DNA of 64,000 nt from the NCBI GenBank assembly GCA_963761335.1, contig CAVXGR010000013.1, forward strand, positions 32,001 through 96,000, read 5' to 3'. This document shows positions 1 to 8,245 of the stretch, piece after piece. Below the pieces are notes generated by a model. It did no database searches. It saw nothing but the letters and a program-made list of their open reading frames with translations, and was not told the origin of the DNA. The stretch comes from an uncultured delta proteobacterium (GTDB lineage Bacteria > Desulfobacterota > Binatia > HRBIN30 > BPIQ01). The position numbers were made by a program, and so were the translations under genes. How positions within the stretch are numbered: the stretch's first letter is position 1; each line of letters starts with the position of its first letter.

Positions 1-833
1 GGCCGATACACATCCGGGAAGAGGTCGCCGTCGGCGCTGGCGTCGGTGGCCCCGGCGACGCAGGACTGCTCGCTCGCCAAGTCGGTGCCGCAGCTGTCCA
101 GGCCGGCGACGAAGTCGACGCTGGCGCAGGCGTGCGCGATCTGGTTGTCCATCGCCGTGCGGGCGCGCACCAGGCGCGAGTTGTACGGATGGGCCGGGTT
201 GTCGATGTCGCGGCAGTCCACTCCGTCGAAGCCCTTGACGCCGCGGTCGACCTTGAACTGGCAGACCTGCTGGAAGCGGACGCGCTTGTTCAGGTACGAG
301 CGCAGGCTGCGACCGACCTTGATCTGGCACTTGCGCGAGAAGACATTGGTCGGCACCGGCGGGCTGCCGTAGGTGCTGTCGATGACCTGGCGTACCGAAT
401 CGCGCGTCAGGCACTGCATGCAGGTGGCGACGCTGTCGTAGTCGTCGGTAATCGTGACGCTGTCGCACGGGGCCGGACAGGTCGGGTAGCCGAGAAGGTC
501 GGGCGTGCCGATGAAACGCGCATCGCACTTATCGACCTGGGCGCGCAGGCGAAGCTCGCCGCGGTCCAAGTCGCGCTGGCCGGCGTCGTAGCCATTGGCG
601 GCCCAAGTCGAGGCGTCGTTGCAATCGATCGCCGCGGGCAGGCTCCCGAGCATGCGCAGCCGGTGACAGCTGGTGCGCGCGTCGATCTCGGCAAGAGCAT
701 CCTTGCGAACGCCGTTGCCGATCCGCCGCCGGCAGTCGGCGTTCGGGCTGGCGAGGGTCGATCCCACCATCGCGAAAGTCAGCAGAACCGCTGCCGCTGT
801 CGCGAAGCCAAAAACTTCAATGCGTCGGCGCAT
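1..833 (-). CDS. Secreted Cys-rich protein, paralogue 1 of the tandem array (3' end runs off the window; missing from the ORF track)
   Basis: Manual translation from ATG at 833: MRRRIEVFGFATAAAVLLTFAMVGSTLASPNADCRRRIGNGVR...SCHRLRMLGSLPAAIDCNDASTWAANG...GYPTCPAPCDSV...KCQIKVGRSLRSY...LDSCGTDLASEQSC...DLFPDVY. It is collinear with the next two ORFs, has a signal peptide, and has a G-rich RBS upstream. Confidence 0.85.
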   Translation of the reverse strand, partial: MRRRIEVFGFATAAAVLLTFAMVGSTLASPNADCRRRIGNGVRKDALAEIDARTSCHRLRMLGSLPAAIDCNDASTWAANGYDAGQRDLDRGELRLRAQVDKCDARFIGTPDLLGYPTCPAPCDSVTITDDYDSVATCMQCLTRDSVRQVIDSTYGSPPVPTNVFSRKCQIKVGRSLRSYLNKRVRFQQVCQFKVDRGVKGFDGVDCRDIDNPAHPYNSRLVRARTAMDNQIAHACASVDFVAGLDSCGTDLASEQSCVAGATDASADGDLFPDVYR

Positions 834-949
834 AGATGCCCCCCGTCGCTCCGATCCTTCTGTTCCTGGTCCGAATTCGATTGTCGACGCCGACAGCCCG
901 AGATCTCGGCTGCGTCCTCGCCTGAAGAGATCCACCGAGCCCATCCGTC

Positions 950-1789
950 TCACAGGCTCGGATACATGAAATCGAAGAGATCCTGCGTGCACTGCTGGAC
1001 ATGATCCTCCAGGCAGCTGATCTCGGAAGGCACGTCGGTCCCGCAGGTGTCCAGCTCCGTGGGAATGTTGACGAACTCGCAGGCCTGCTGCACCCTCAAC
1101 CCGAGCCGCGCTCGCAGCAGATCCATGCGCGGCTGGTAGGGGTGACTCGGGTCGTCGAGATTCTGGCAGGTCACGCCGTAGAAGCGCGGCGCGCCGACGT
1201 CCTTGCGATACTGACAGAGCTGCTGCCAGCGGCTGCGCGCCGCGAAGTAACGGCGCACCGAGCGGCCGACCTCGGCCTGGCATTCCTGCACCACCTGTGC
1301 CGGCAGCGGCAGCGGCGGCGTGCCGTACGCTTGGTCGATCAGGTCCGTCATGCCGCTCTCCGTCAGGCACTGCACGCAATCGGCGACGTCGGAATAGGCG
1401 GCGATGGAGACCGACCCGCACGGAGCCGGACAGGAGTTGTACTGAAGCGCGGATGGCCCCGCCACGTCGCCGCAGTGCCGCGCCACCTGGTTGTGCAGGC
1501 GCTTCTCAGCCCTCTGGATGGCGCGCAGGCCGCGCTTGAAGCCGTTTGCCGTCCAGGTGGCGGTGTCGTTGCAGTCGATCACCGCCGGCAGCTTCTCCCT
1601 CATACGGAGGAGGTGGCAGAGAACCTTCTGCTTGGCGGTGACGATGCCGAGGCCTCGACCCCCAACGCCGACGGCCCGCCTGCACCTCGCTTCGGGGTTG
1701 GACGCCGCAAGCACATCGGGCACAACGAATCCGCTCGCAACGGTCGTTAGAACGGCTGCGATGCTCCAAACTAGAACGCGTCGGCGCAT
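950..1789 (-). CDS. Secreted Cys-rich protein, paralogue 2
   Basis: MRRR start followed by a hydrophobic signal. Motifs CHLLRMREKLPAVIDCND, CPAPCGSV, DCVQCL, YGTPP, ELDTCGTDVPSEISCL and LFDFMYP are shared with the neighbours. Confidence 0.85.
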   Translation of the reverse strand: MRRRVLVWSIAAVLTTVASGFVVPDVLAASNPEARCRRAVGVGGRGLGIVTAKQKVLCHLLRMREKLPAVIDCNDTATWTANGFKRGLRAIQRAEKRLHNQVARHCGDVAGPSALQYNSCPAPCGSVSIAAYSDVADCVQCLTESGMTDLIDQAYGTPPLPLPAQVVQECQAEVGRSVRRYFAARSRWQQLCQYRKDVGAPRFYGVTCQNLDDPSHPYQPRMDLLRARLGLRVQQACEFVNIPTELDTCGTDVPSEISCLEDHVQQCTQDLFDFMYPSL

Positions 1790-1871
1790 AACCCCCCCGT
1801 CGCTCACTGATGAATCCTGCGAATTTGTCGAAGCGAGGCCGCCCCCCCGGCGGCCACTAACCTGATGATTG

Positions 1872-1901
1872 ACCCTACTTCGGCGCCTCTCCGATCGTCA
1901 A
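1872..1901 (-). promoter_or_regulatory. Putative sigma70 promoter of paralogue 2 (TTGACG-N18-TAGGGT)
   Basis: Minus strand reads TTGACG atcggagaggcgccgaag TAGGGT. Same layout as 2948-2977. Confidence 0.5.
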
Positions 1902-2028
1902 GCATTTTCTGCGCTTCCCAGCTCACGCGACGGTCCCGCGGACCTGCTCCGATGCGAGAACGCCGACCGGGACATCCGCGTGTGCGTTCCTGGCGGGGGC
2001 TCGGCCGGGGAAAGAGAACCCCGCCTGC

Positions 2029-2859
2029 TCAAGAGCCTGGATAGACGCTGGGGAACATCAGGTTCGTGCATTGGTCCACCGCGTCCTGCAGACACGAGAT
2101 CTCGCTCGGGATGTCCGCGCCGCAAGAGTTCAGCTCGGCGGAAAGATCGACGAAGCCGCACTCTTTCTGAACACGCACACCGAGCCGCGCCTTGAGCAAC
2201 TCGATCCGGGCATTGAAGGGATTGGAGGAATCGTCGATCTGGTCACACTCGACGGTATAGAGGTTTCCGAGCCCGCGGTCCTTTTTGTACTGGCAGCGCT
2301 GCTGGACGCGCATGCGGTTGCGGAAGTAGTTCCAGGTCTCCTTGCCGATGAAAGTCTGGCATTTGAGCACCAGGTCGAGGGTCTGTGCCGGCGGCGTTCC
2401 GTAGGCGGCGCTGATGGTGTCGCCCATGCAGCCCTCGACCAGGCAGGCGTTGCAGTCGGCGACGCCGTCGTAGTTGGCCACCGAGATCGAGCCGCACGGC
2501 GCCGGACAGGTCGAGTAGCCGAGCTCGAGCGGAGGTGCAGAGTTGCGACAGCCGACCTCGACGCGCTTGTGCAGGTACTTCCGCGCCCGCGTCAGCCCGT
2601 TTACGCCGCGCTTGTAACCGTTGGCGAGCCAGGTGTTCTCGTCGTTGCAGTCGATCGCGGCCGGCAATCTGCCGTACATGCGCAATCGGTGACACTTTTC
2701 CTTCAGCTTGGCCACCGAAGATCCGAGGTAGCGCACGCCGTTACCAACGGCCTTGCGGCAATTTGCATCCGGGAGAGCGAAGGCATCGCCAGCGATCAAC
2801 CCGGACGCACATATTGCTGCTACCATCGCAATGGCCAATAGCTCGCTGCGTCGGCGCAT
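2029..2859 (-). CDS. Secreted Cys-rich protein, paralogue 3
   Basis: GGGAGG RBS, MRRR start and signal peptide. Motifs CHRLRMYGRLPAAIDCND, CPAPCGSI, LNSCGADIPSEISCL and MFPSVYP. Confidence 0.85.
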   Translation of the reverse strand: MRRRSELLAIAMVAAICASGLIAGDAFALPDANCRKAVGNGVRYLGSSVAKLKEKCHRLRMYGRLPAAIDCNDENTWLANGYKRGVNGLTRARKYLHKRVEVGCRNSAPPLELGYSTCPAPCGSISVANYDGVADCNACLVEGCMGDTISAAYGTPPAQTLDLVLKCQTFIGKETWNYFRNRMRVQQRCQYKKDRGLGNLYTVECDQIDDSSNPFNARIELLKARLGVRVQKECGFVDLSAELNSCGADIPSEISCLQDAVDQCTNLMFPSVYPGS

Positions 2860-2947
2860 AACTGCCTCCCGAAAAAAGCTCCCGCGGTTTAGTCTTGTGT
2901 TCGAAAGCCCGGCATCCCGCCCCCCCGGCGGAGACACCGTTGTGTCG

Positions 2948-2977
2948 AAACTACTTCGATAGAAGAACAGAGGTCAA
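2948..2977 (-). promoter_or_regulatory. Putative sigma70 promoter of paralogue 3 (TTGACC-N18-TAGTTT)
   Basis: Minus strand reads TTGACC tctgttcttctatcgaag TAGTTT, preceded by an A-tract. The -35 overlaps a GTCAA-N8-TTGAC palindrome. Confidence 0.5.
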
Positions 2978-3029
2978 GCTTTTTTTTGACAGGGAGACGA
3001 TTTGCGGCGATTTTCTCGCTGCCAGAGCC

Positions 3030-5015
3030 TCACCAGAGAAGGCTGACCATGTGCGCCGTGCTCATTCCCCCCTGCACCGTGCTTCCCGCCGAGCAGGTGG
3101 AGCCGTTGCAGACCCATGCCCCGGACGCGATCGCGACGCGCGTGTCGGAGGTGCTGTCGTCGCGCTCCTGGCCGTGGTTCTCGTGCGCTGCGTCCAGGTT
3201 CATGAACCCGGACGACTCCTGCTTGTTGGAGTTGTTGCATACGCTCGAGTTGTCGTAGCTGCTGGTGGCACCGCCGTTGCAGGCGAAGATGGAGGCGTAC
3301 TGCACCAAGCCGTCGTCCTCGCCCGTCAGGCAGAGGCTGGCGCCGATGATCGCGGCGTAGCCGCCGGTGAGCCAGACGTCGCGCGCCGGAGGGCTGGCGA
3401 AGGTCTTCACCTGGACGTCGTCGGAGCTGCGCAGCCAGTAGGTGGCGGTGTCGCAGCTCTGCACGAAGGTCGAGAAGAAGCTGCAGAAGATGTTGCCCTC
3501 GCCGCAGACGTAGTCCGCCCCCTGTGAGCCGCGGTGGGTGCCGCCGAGGGTGATGGTGAGGGTGAGGCGCTGGGCGACGACGTCGTACGGTCCGTTCAGG
3601 TTGTAGTTGGGATCGCCGGGGTCGGCATTGCCGAGGATGTAGTCCATTACCGTCGCCCCCATGCTGTGGGCGATCACCCAGAACGAGCCGCCCTCGGCAA
3701 AGGTGTGGGCGCAGCGGTTGCCGCCGCCGTCGGCACCGCCGTTGGTGGCATTCTCGATCTCGCGGGCGACCTCGCCGGCGGCGTTGTTGTCCCAGTAGGC
3801 CTGCGAGCCGTCGTAGCCGACGACATAGTACGAGCCGGTGAAGTTGCGGGTGGCCGTCTGCACGAAGTCGTGGCTGCCGTTCTTCCAGTAGTCCCGCGCC
3901 ACGTTCCAGTCGTTGAAGGTGTCCTGGTTGGTCTGCTTGCCGTGCACGAAGATGAAGCAGGGCGGCGGGCTCTGCGCCGGGAAGGCGGTGACATCGACGT
4001 GGATCGCCGGCAGGTTGGTCGGCGTCCGCGTCGCCGTCGCCGGAGGCACGGGGGTGACCGTCGACGACGGCGTCGCCGTCGAGGAGGCGGTTGCCGTGGG
4101 CGTAACGGTGGCGGTGGCCGTCTCGGTGCGCGTCGCCGTCTGGCTCGGCGTCTCGGTCGGCGTCCCGGTCGCCGTCGGCGTGCTGGTCGGCGGCGGCGGG
4201 GGCGGATCGTAGACGGCCCGGAAAAGGGCGTCGGCGTAGAGGTCGGTCACGCCCACGGTGCAATCCTGCTCGCCGGCGACGTCGGCGGCGCAGCTGTCGA
4301 GCGCCGCCAGCGCGTCTCCCCCACAGCCCGCGATCAGCGCCTCGGCGCGCTGCCGGGCGCCGTCGATCTTGCCGCGCAGGTCGGCGGCCAGGCAGTCGAC
4401 CGAGGAGCCCTGCGCATCGGCGTCCTTCTGGCAGCGCTGCTGCTCGCGGGCGCGCACGCTGAAGTAGCGCCGCAGCGCCCGGCCGATCTTCTGCTGGCAG
4501 CGAAAGAGATCGCCGCCCTCGACCGGCGGCACCCCGTAGGTCACCTGCACGGCGTCGGACGGCCAGATGTCCGCCAGGCAGGCCAGGCAGTCGGCGACGC
4601 TGGCGTAGGCGCCGGTGATCGTCACCGCGCCACACGGCGACGGGCATATCGCGTAGCCGAGCGCCGCCGGGTCTCCGGCGCAGTGGCGCTGCGCGTCGCG
4701 GACCAATTGCTGCTTGACGCGGTCGATCTTCACCGACGGCGGCGCGGCGCCCGGATCGCCGCAATCGGTGGCCGGCGGCAGCGAGCCGCGCATGCGCAGC
4801 CGCTCACAGCGGGTGCGCTCGCGGAGCACGGTGTCGGCGACCTTGCGCGCCGAGGCGCCCAGGTGCTTGCGGCAGAGCACATCCGCTGGGGCGAGCTGCG
4901 CCGACGCCGGCACCACCGACGCCGCCATCAGGACGGCGCCGAGCCAGGCAGCTACGCGTATCAGTCGAAGCGCAATCGTTTTCCGGACCCCCGTTTCCGA
5001 ACAACGCTGCAGCAT
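3030..5015 (-). CDS. Secreted protein: array-type Cys-rich domain + Pro/Thr linker + alpha/beta-hydrolase (lipase/esterase-like)
   Basis: N-terminal CERLRMRGSLPPATDC...CPSPCGAV...LDSCAADVAGEQDC; PT-rich linker; FIFVHGK oxyanion region; IAHSMG nucleophile elbow; DDGLV; late His (ENHG). Exact start uncertain. Confidence 0.8.
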   Translation of the reverse strand: MLQRCSETGVRKTIALRLIRVAAWLGAVLMAASVVPASAQLAPADVLCRKHLGASARKVADTVLRERTRCERLRMRGSLPPATDCGDPGAAPPSVKIDRVKQQLVRDAQRHCAGDPAALGYAICPSPCGAVTITGAYASVADCLACLADIWPSDAVQVTYGVPPVEGGDLFRCQQKIGRALRRYFSVRAREQQRCQKDADAQGSSVDCLAADLRGKIDGARQRAEALIAGCGGDALAALDSCAADVAGEQDCTVGVTDLYADALFRAVYDPPPPPPTSTPTATGTPTETPSQTATRTETATATVTPTATASSTATPSSTVTPVPPATATRTPTNLPAIHVDVTAFPAQSPPPCFIFVHGKQTNQDTFNDWNVARDYWKNGSHDFVQTATRNFTGSYYVVGYDGSQAYWDNNAAGEVAREIENATNGGADGGGNRCAHTFAEGGSFWVIAHSMGATVMDYILGNADPGDPNYNLNGPYDVVAQRLTLTITLGGTHRGSQGADYVCGEGNIFCSFFSTFVQSCDTATYWLRSSDDVQVKTFASPPARDVWLTGGYAAIIGASLCLTGEDDGLVQYASIFACNGGATSSYDNSSVCNNSNKQESSGFMNLDAAHENHGQERDDSTSDTRVAIASGAWVCNGSTCSAGSTVQGGMSTAHMVSLLW

Positions 5016-5064
5016 AGCGCGGCGCGGCCGTTCTCCTCAAGCGCTATTTTGGGGTATTTTGGGC

Positions 5065-6648
5065 TCAACGAAAACACCAGTGGCTCCACACCACCTCGCG
5101 CTGGTAGTCGGCGGTGCCGTAGGTGCGGGGCTCGGGGTGGTCGTCGCGCGCCATAGCCACGATCTGGAAGCTCTCGAGCTGCTTGTCGCCGTGCTGGCGG
5201 GCGTTCCACTCGCGGCACAGGTAGCGGCCGTAGAGCAGCGCCTGACGGTCGCCGCGCTTGTAGTGGATCAGCCGGTCCATCATGCCGAGCCAGCGGTAGT
5301 TCTTCACCCGATAGAGCACCGACGCCGGGCGCTCGAAGCTCACCCCCTCGCCATCGCGGTAGAGGCTCAGGTCGGGGGCCGGGCCGCCCAGTCGGAAGAG
5401 ATCGATCTGAGTGCCGTCGCGCAGGGTGCCCGGGATCACGATCCAGCCGGTGCGCGTGCTCACCCGGGAGTACATGCGCCAGTCCTGCTGCAGGAAGACG
5501 GCGTCGCCGAGCCAGGCGATCTGCGGCGGGGCGGTGTAGGTGTTGTCGCGAACCACGCCGATGTTCCACATCACCAGGAAGACGAGAAAGACGGCGCAGA
5601 CGGCCTCGCCGACGCGGCTGCGCGCCGGGAACGGACGCGGGGACGGAGACGATGGGGACAGGCTACTTTTCCCGAGCAAGAACAGCCGTGACGACGCTAC
5701 CCGAGCGGGAAAAGTAGCCTGTCCCCATGGTGCCCGCGGCAGGGCCTGCTCCCAGAACCAGCCGGGCAGCAGGCAGAGCAGCGCCGCGATGCTGGTGAAG
5801 GGGAAGATGCCGACGCGCATGCCGATGGCGAACCCCGCGTGCATGGCGATCAGCGCCGCGACCACCGCGGTGCGCAGCGGCCCGAAGAACAGCGGCACGA
5901 AGAGCAGGACCGGCCCGGCGAGCTCGAGGAAGAGCGTGGCGTAGTCCAGGAAGGCGCAGAGATGGGGAAAGTGCTGCAGGAAGTGGCCGATGTAGGTACC
6001 CCAGATCTCGTTGTCGAAGACGTAGCCGACGGCGGTGCCGTTGCGCCATTGCGGGTAGAGCGATTTGGCGTAGCCGGTGCTGAGATAGATGATCACGATC
6101 TGCGCGATCAGCGCCACGGTGCCGACCGAGAGCAGCTGCTGGCGCTCGTCGCGCTGCGGCACCCAGCGCCGGGCGCTGTCCACCGAGCAGCGCGCCCCGA
6201 GCGGCAGGAAGATGCCCCAGAAGAGCATCATGCGCAGCTGCGCGTCGGAGCCGTGGCCGATGAAGAGGTTGCGCAGCTGCAGCGAGCTCACCATCAGCCA
6301 CACCGCGACCGTGGCGGCGCGGGTGTGGTAGCCGACGAGGAGCGCCAGGGCGAAGGCGGCGGTGAGCAGGAAGAGAGCCGCCTGGCTCCACGTCGAGCCG
6401 CCGATCAGATGCACGCACAGCGGCCAGCGGTGCAGGAAATCGAACATCTGCAGGAGCTCGCTGCGCGGCAGCACCCCGTGGTCGGTGTACATCGCCCGCA
6501 GATCGGTGGCGCGCACAGATAGGTCGATCAGCACCACCAGCGCCATGCCGATGCGAAAGGCGGCGAGCGAGCGCAGGTCACAGCCGAGGAGCCTCGCCGC
6601 CAGCGACGGTTGCGGCGCCGGCGTTCTCCGACGATCTCCCTCGGCCAT
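5065..6648 (-). CDS. HTTM-domain membrane protein (vitamin K-dependent gamma-carboxylase-like family)
   Basis: DLRSLAAFRI, YTDHGVLPR, LLVGYHTR, FLPLGARCSVD, QIVIIYL...W.NGTA, LQQDWRMY; multiple TM segments. Confidence 0.8.
   Translation of the reverse strand: MAEGDRRRTPAPQPSLAARLLGCDLRSLAAFRIGMALVVLIDLSVRATDLRAMYTDHGVLPRSELLQMFDFLHRWPLCVHLIGGSTWSQAALFLLTAAFALALLVGYHTRAATVAVWLMVSSLQLRNLFIGHGSDAQLRMMLFWGIFLPLGARCSVDSARRWVPQRDERQQLLSVGTVALIAQIVIIYLSTGYAKSLYPQWRNGTAVGYVFDNEIWGTYIGHFLQHFPHLCAFLDYATLFLELAGPVLLFVPLFFGPLRTAVVAALIAMHAGFAIGMRVGIFPFTSIAALLCLLPGWFWEQALPRAPWGQATFPARVASSRLFLLGKSSLSPSSPSPRPFPARSRVGEAVCAVFLVFLVMWNIGVVRDNTYTAPPQIAWLGDAVFLQQDWRMYSRVSTRTGWIVIPGTLRDGTQIDLFRLGGPAPDLSLYRDGEGVSFERPASVLYRVKNYRWLGMMDRLIHYKRGDRQALLYGRYLCREWNARQHGDKQLESFQIVAMARDDHPEPRTYGTADYQREVVWSHWCFR
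5652..5728. repeat. Palindromic element family A, copy 1 (perfect 23-bp arms, 31-nt spacer), inside the HTTM CDS
   Basis: ATGGGGACAGGCTACTTTTCCCG at 5652-5674 and CGGGAAAAGTAGCCTGTCCCCAT at 5706-5728. Confidence 0.9.
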
Positions 6649-6741
6649 CCTTCTGCCGAGGTAACGCCGATTCGAATCGGAAAGTCAAAGACTGGGCCGC
6701 CAAGGCTTTGCGCCTTGGCGGTTCCCGGGTATGTCTCCCGG

Positions 6742-8238
6742 ATGCTGCGTCTGAGCGAGCTGCGCCGCTGTGCCGCGGCGCTGGAGAAGATCCTCGACGG
6801 CGCCCGCCTGCAACGCAGCGCCCAGCCCTCGCCGCAGGCGCTGGCGTTGTCGTTCTACCGCGGCGGCGCGGCGGCGGCGGGGACGCAGCACATCCTCCTC
6901 TGCTGCGCCCCGGAGTCGGCGCGCGTCTCGCGCCTGGCGGCGGCGCCGCCGGCACCGCCCGCGCCGCCCGCCTTCGACCAGATTCTCCGGGCCCGCGCCG
7001 GCGGCGCCGTCTTCGCCGGCAGCCGCGTCATCGGCGACGACCGCCAGCTCGGCATCCGCCTGCGCAGCCCCGCGGGCGAGCACGAGCTGCTGCTCTCCAT
7101 CCTCGGCCCGCGCAGCAACGTCTATCTCCTCGGCGGCGACGGCACCGTGCTCGCCGCCCTGCGGCCCTTCGAGGAGACGCGCCGCGAGCTGGCGCGCGGC
7201 GCCGCCTGGAAGTCCCCGGACAGCCCGCCTCCCCCGCCGGGCGAGGACCGCTGGGCCGAGGTGAGCGACGAGCTCTACCTCGACGCCGTCGAGGCCACCT
7301 ACGCCGCGCTGGAGCGCCGCCGCGCCGCCGAGGCGCTGTCTCGCCGCATCGACCAGGCGCTGCGCCGCCAGGGCGACTTCCTCGAGCGGAAGGCGGCGAA
7401 GCTGGAAGGCGAGCTCGCCGGCGCCCGCGACGCCCCCCAGATCCGCCGCCTCGGCGAGCTCCTGAAAACCGTCCTACACGCCGTGCGGCCGGGCGACGCG
7501 GCGGCGACAGCGGCCGACTTCGAGAGCGGCGAGCCGGTGCAGATCGCCCTCGATCCGACCCTCTCCGCGGCCGCCAACCTGGAGCGCTACTTCAAGCGGT
7601 ACCACAAGGCGGTGAAGGCGGAGGAGGTGGTCGAGCGGCAGCTCGAGGAGACGCGGCGCCAGCAGCGCGAGCTCGCCGAGGTCGCCGCCGCCTTCACCGC
7701 CCTGGGAGCCGACGCGGATGCCGTCTCCCTGCGCGGCTTCGCGGCGCGGCCGCGGCTGCGCAAGCTCCTGGAGCGTTACTTCGGCGCGCCGCCGGCGCCG
7801 AAACCGCCGCCGGCGAAAAAGGGAAAGCGGGAGATTCCGGCGCGCCTGGCGCCGCGCCGCTACCGGACCGCCGACGACCTGGAGGTCTGGGTGGGGCGCA
7901 GCGACGAGGGAAACGACTATCTCACCACGCGCTTGGCGCGCGGCAACGATCTCTTCTTTCACCTCGACGGGGCGCCGGGCAGCCACGTCGTCCTGCGCAC
8001 CGGCGGCCGCCAGGACCCGCCGCCGGAGTCGTTGCTCGAGGCCTGCGAGCTCGCCGTGCACTTCTCGCGGCGGCGCGACGAGCCGCGCGCCGAGGTGCGC
8101 ATCGCCGCCATCAAGGACGTGCGCAAGCCGAAGGGCGCCAAGCCCGGCCTGGTGCACGTCTACCGCAGCAAGACCGTCCACCTCCGCCGCGACCCGGCAC
8201 GACTCGAGCGCATTCTCGCGGCCCGCATCGAAGAGTGA
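6742..8238 (+). CDS. rqcH: NFACT family protein (RqcH/Rqc2/FbpA-like ribosome quality-control factor)
   Basis: NFACT-N (DDRQL, LGPRSNVYL), coiled coil (IALDPTLSAAANLERYFKRYHK), NFACT-R (VWVGRSDEGNDYLT, FFHLDGAPGSHVV, VRKPKGAKPGLV). Confidence 0.8.
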   Translation: MLRLSELRRCAAALEKILDGARLQRSAQPSPQALALSFYRGGAAAAGTQHILLCCAPESARVSRLAAAPPAPPAPPAFDQILRARAGGAVFAGSRVIGDDRQLGIRLRSPAGEHELLLSILGPRSNVYLLGGDGTVLAALRPFEETRRELARGAAWKSPDSPPPPPGEDRWAEVSDELYLDAVEATYAALERRRAAEALSRRIDQALRRQGDFLERKAAKLEGELAGARDAPQIRRLGELLKTVLHAVRPGDAAATAADFESGEPVQIALDPTLSAAANLERYFKRYHKAVKAEEVVERQLEETRRQQRELAEVAAAFTALGADADAVSLRGFAARPRLRKLLERYFGAPPAPKPPPAKKGKREIPARLAPRRYRTADDLEVWVGRSDEGNDYLTTRLARGNDLFFHLDGAPGSHVVLRTGGRQDPPPESLLEACELAVHFSRRRDEPRAEVRIAAIKDVRKPKGAKPGLVHVYRSKTVHLRRDPARLERILAARIEE

Positions 8239-8245
8239 CGAAGGT

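Noticed and set aside
1..5015. Lipase toxin with tandem immunity genes
   Set aside because: The small genes are homologous to the hydrolase's own N-terminal domain, at least two have their own promoters, and no T6SS markers (VgrG, PAAR, Rhs) are present.
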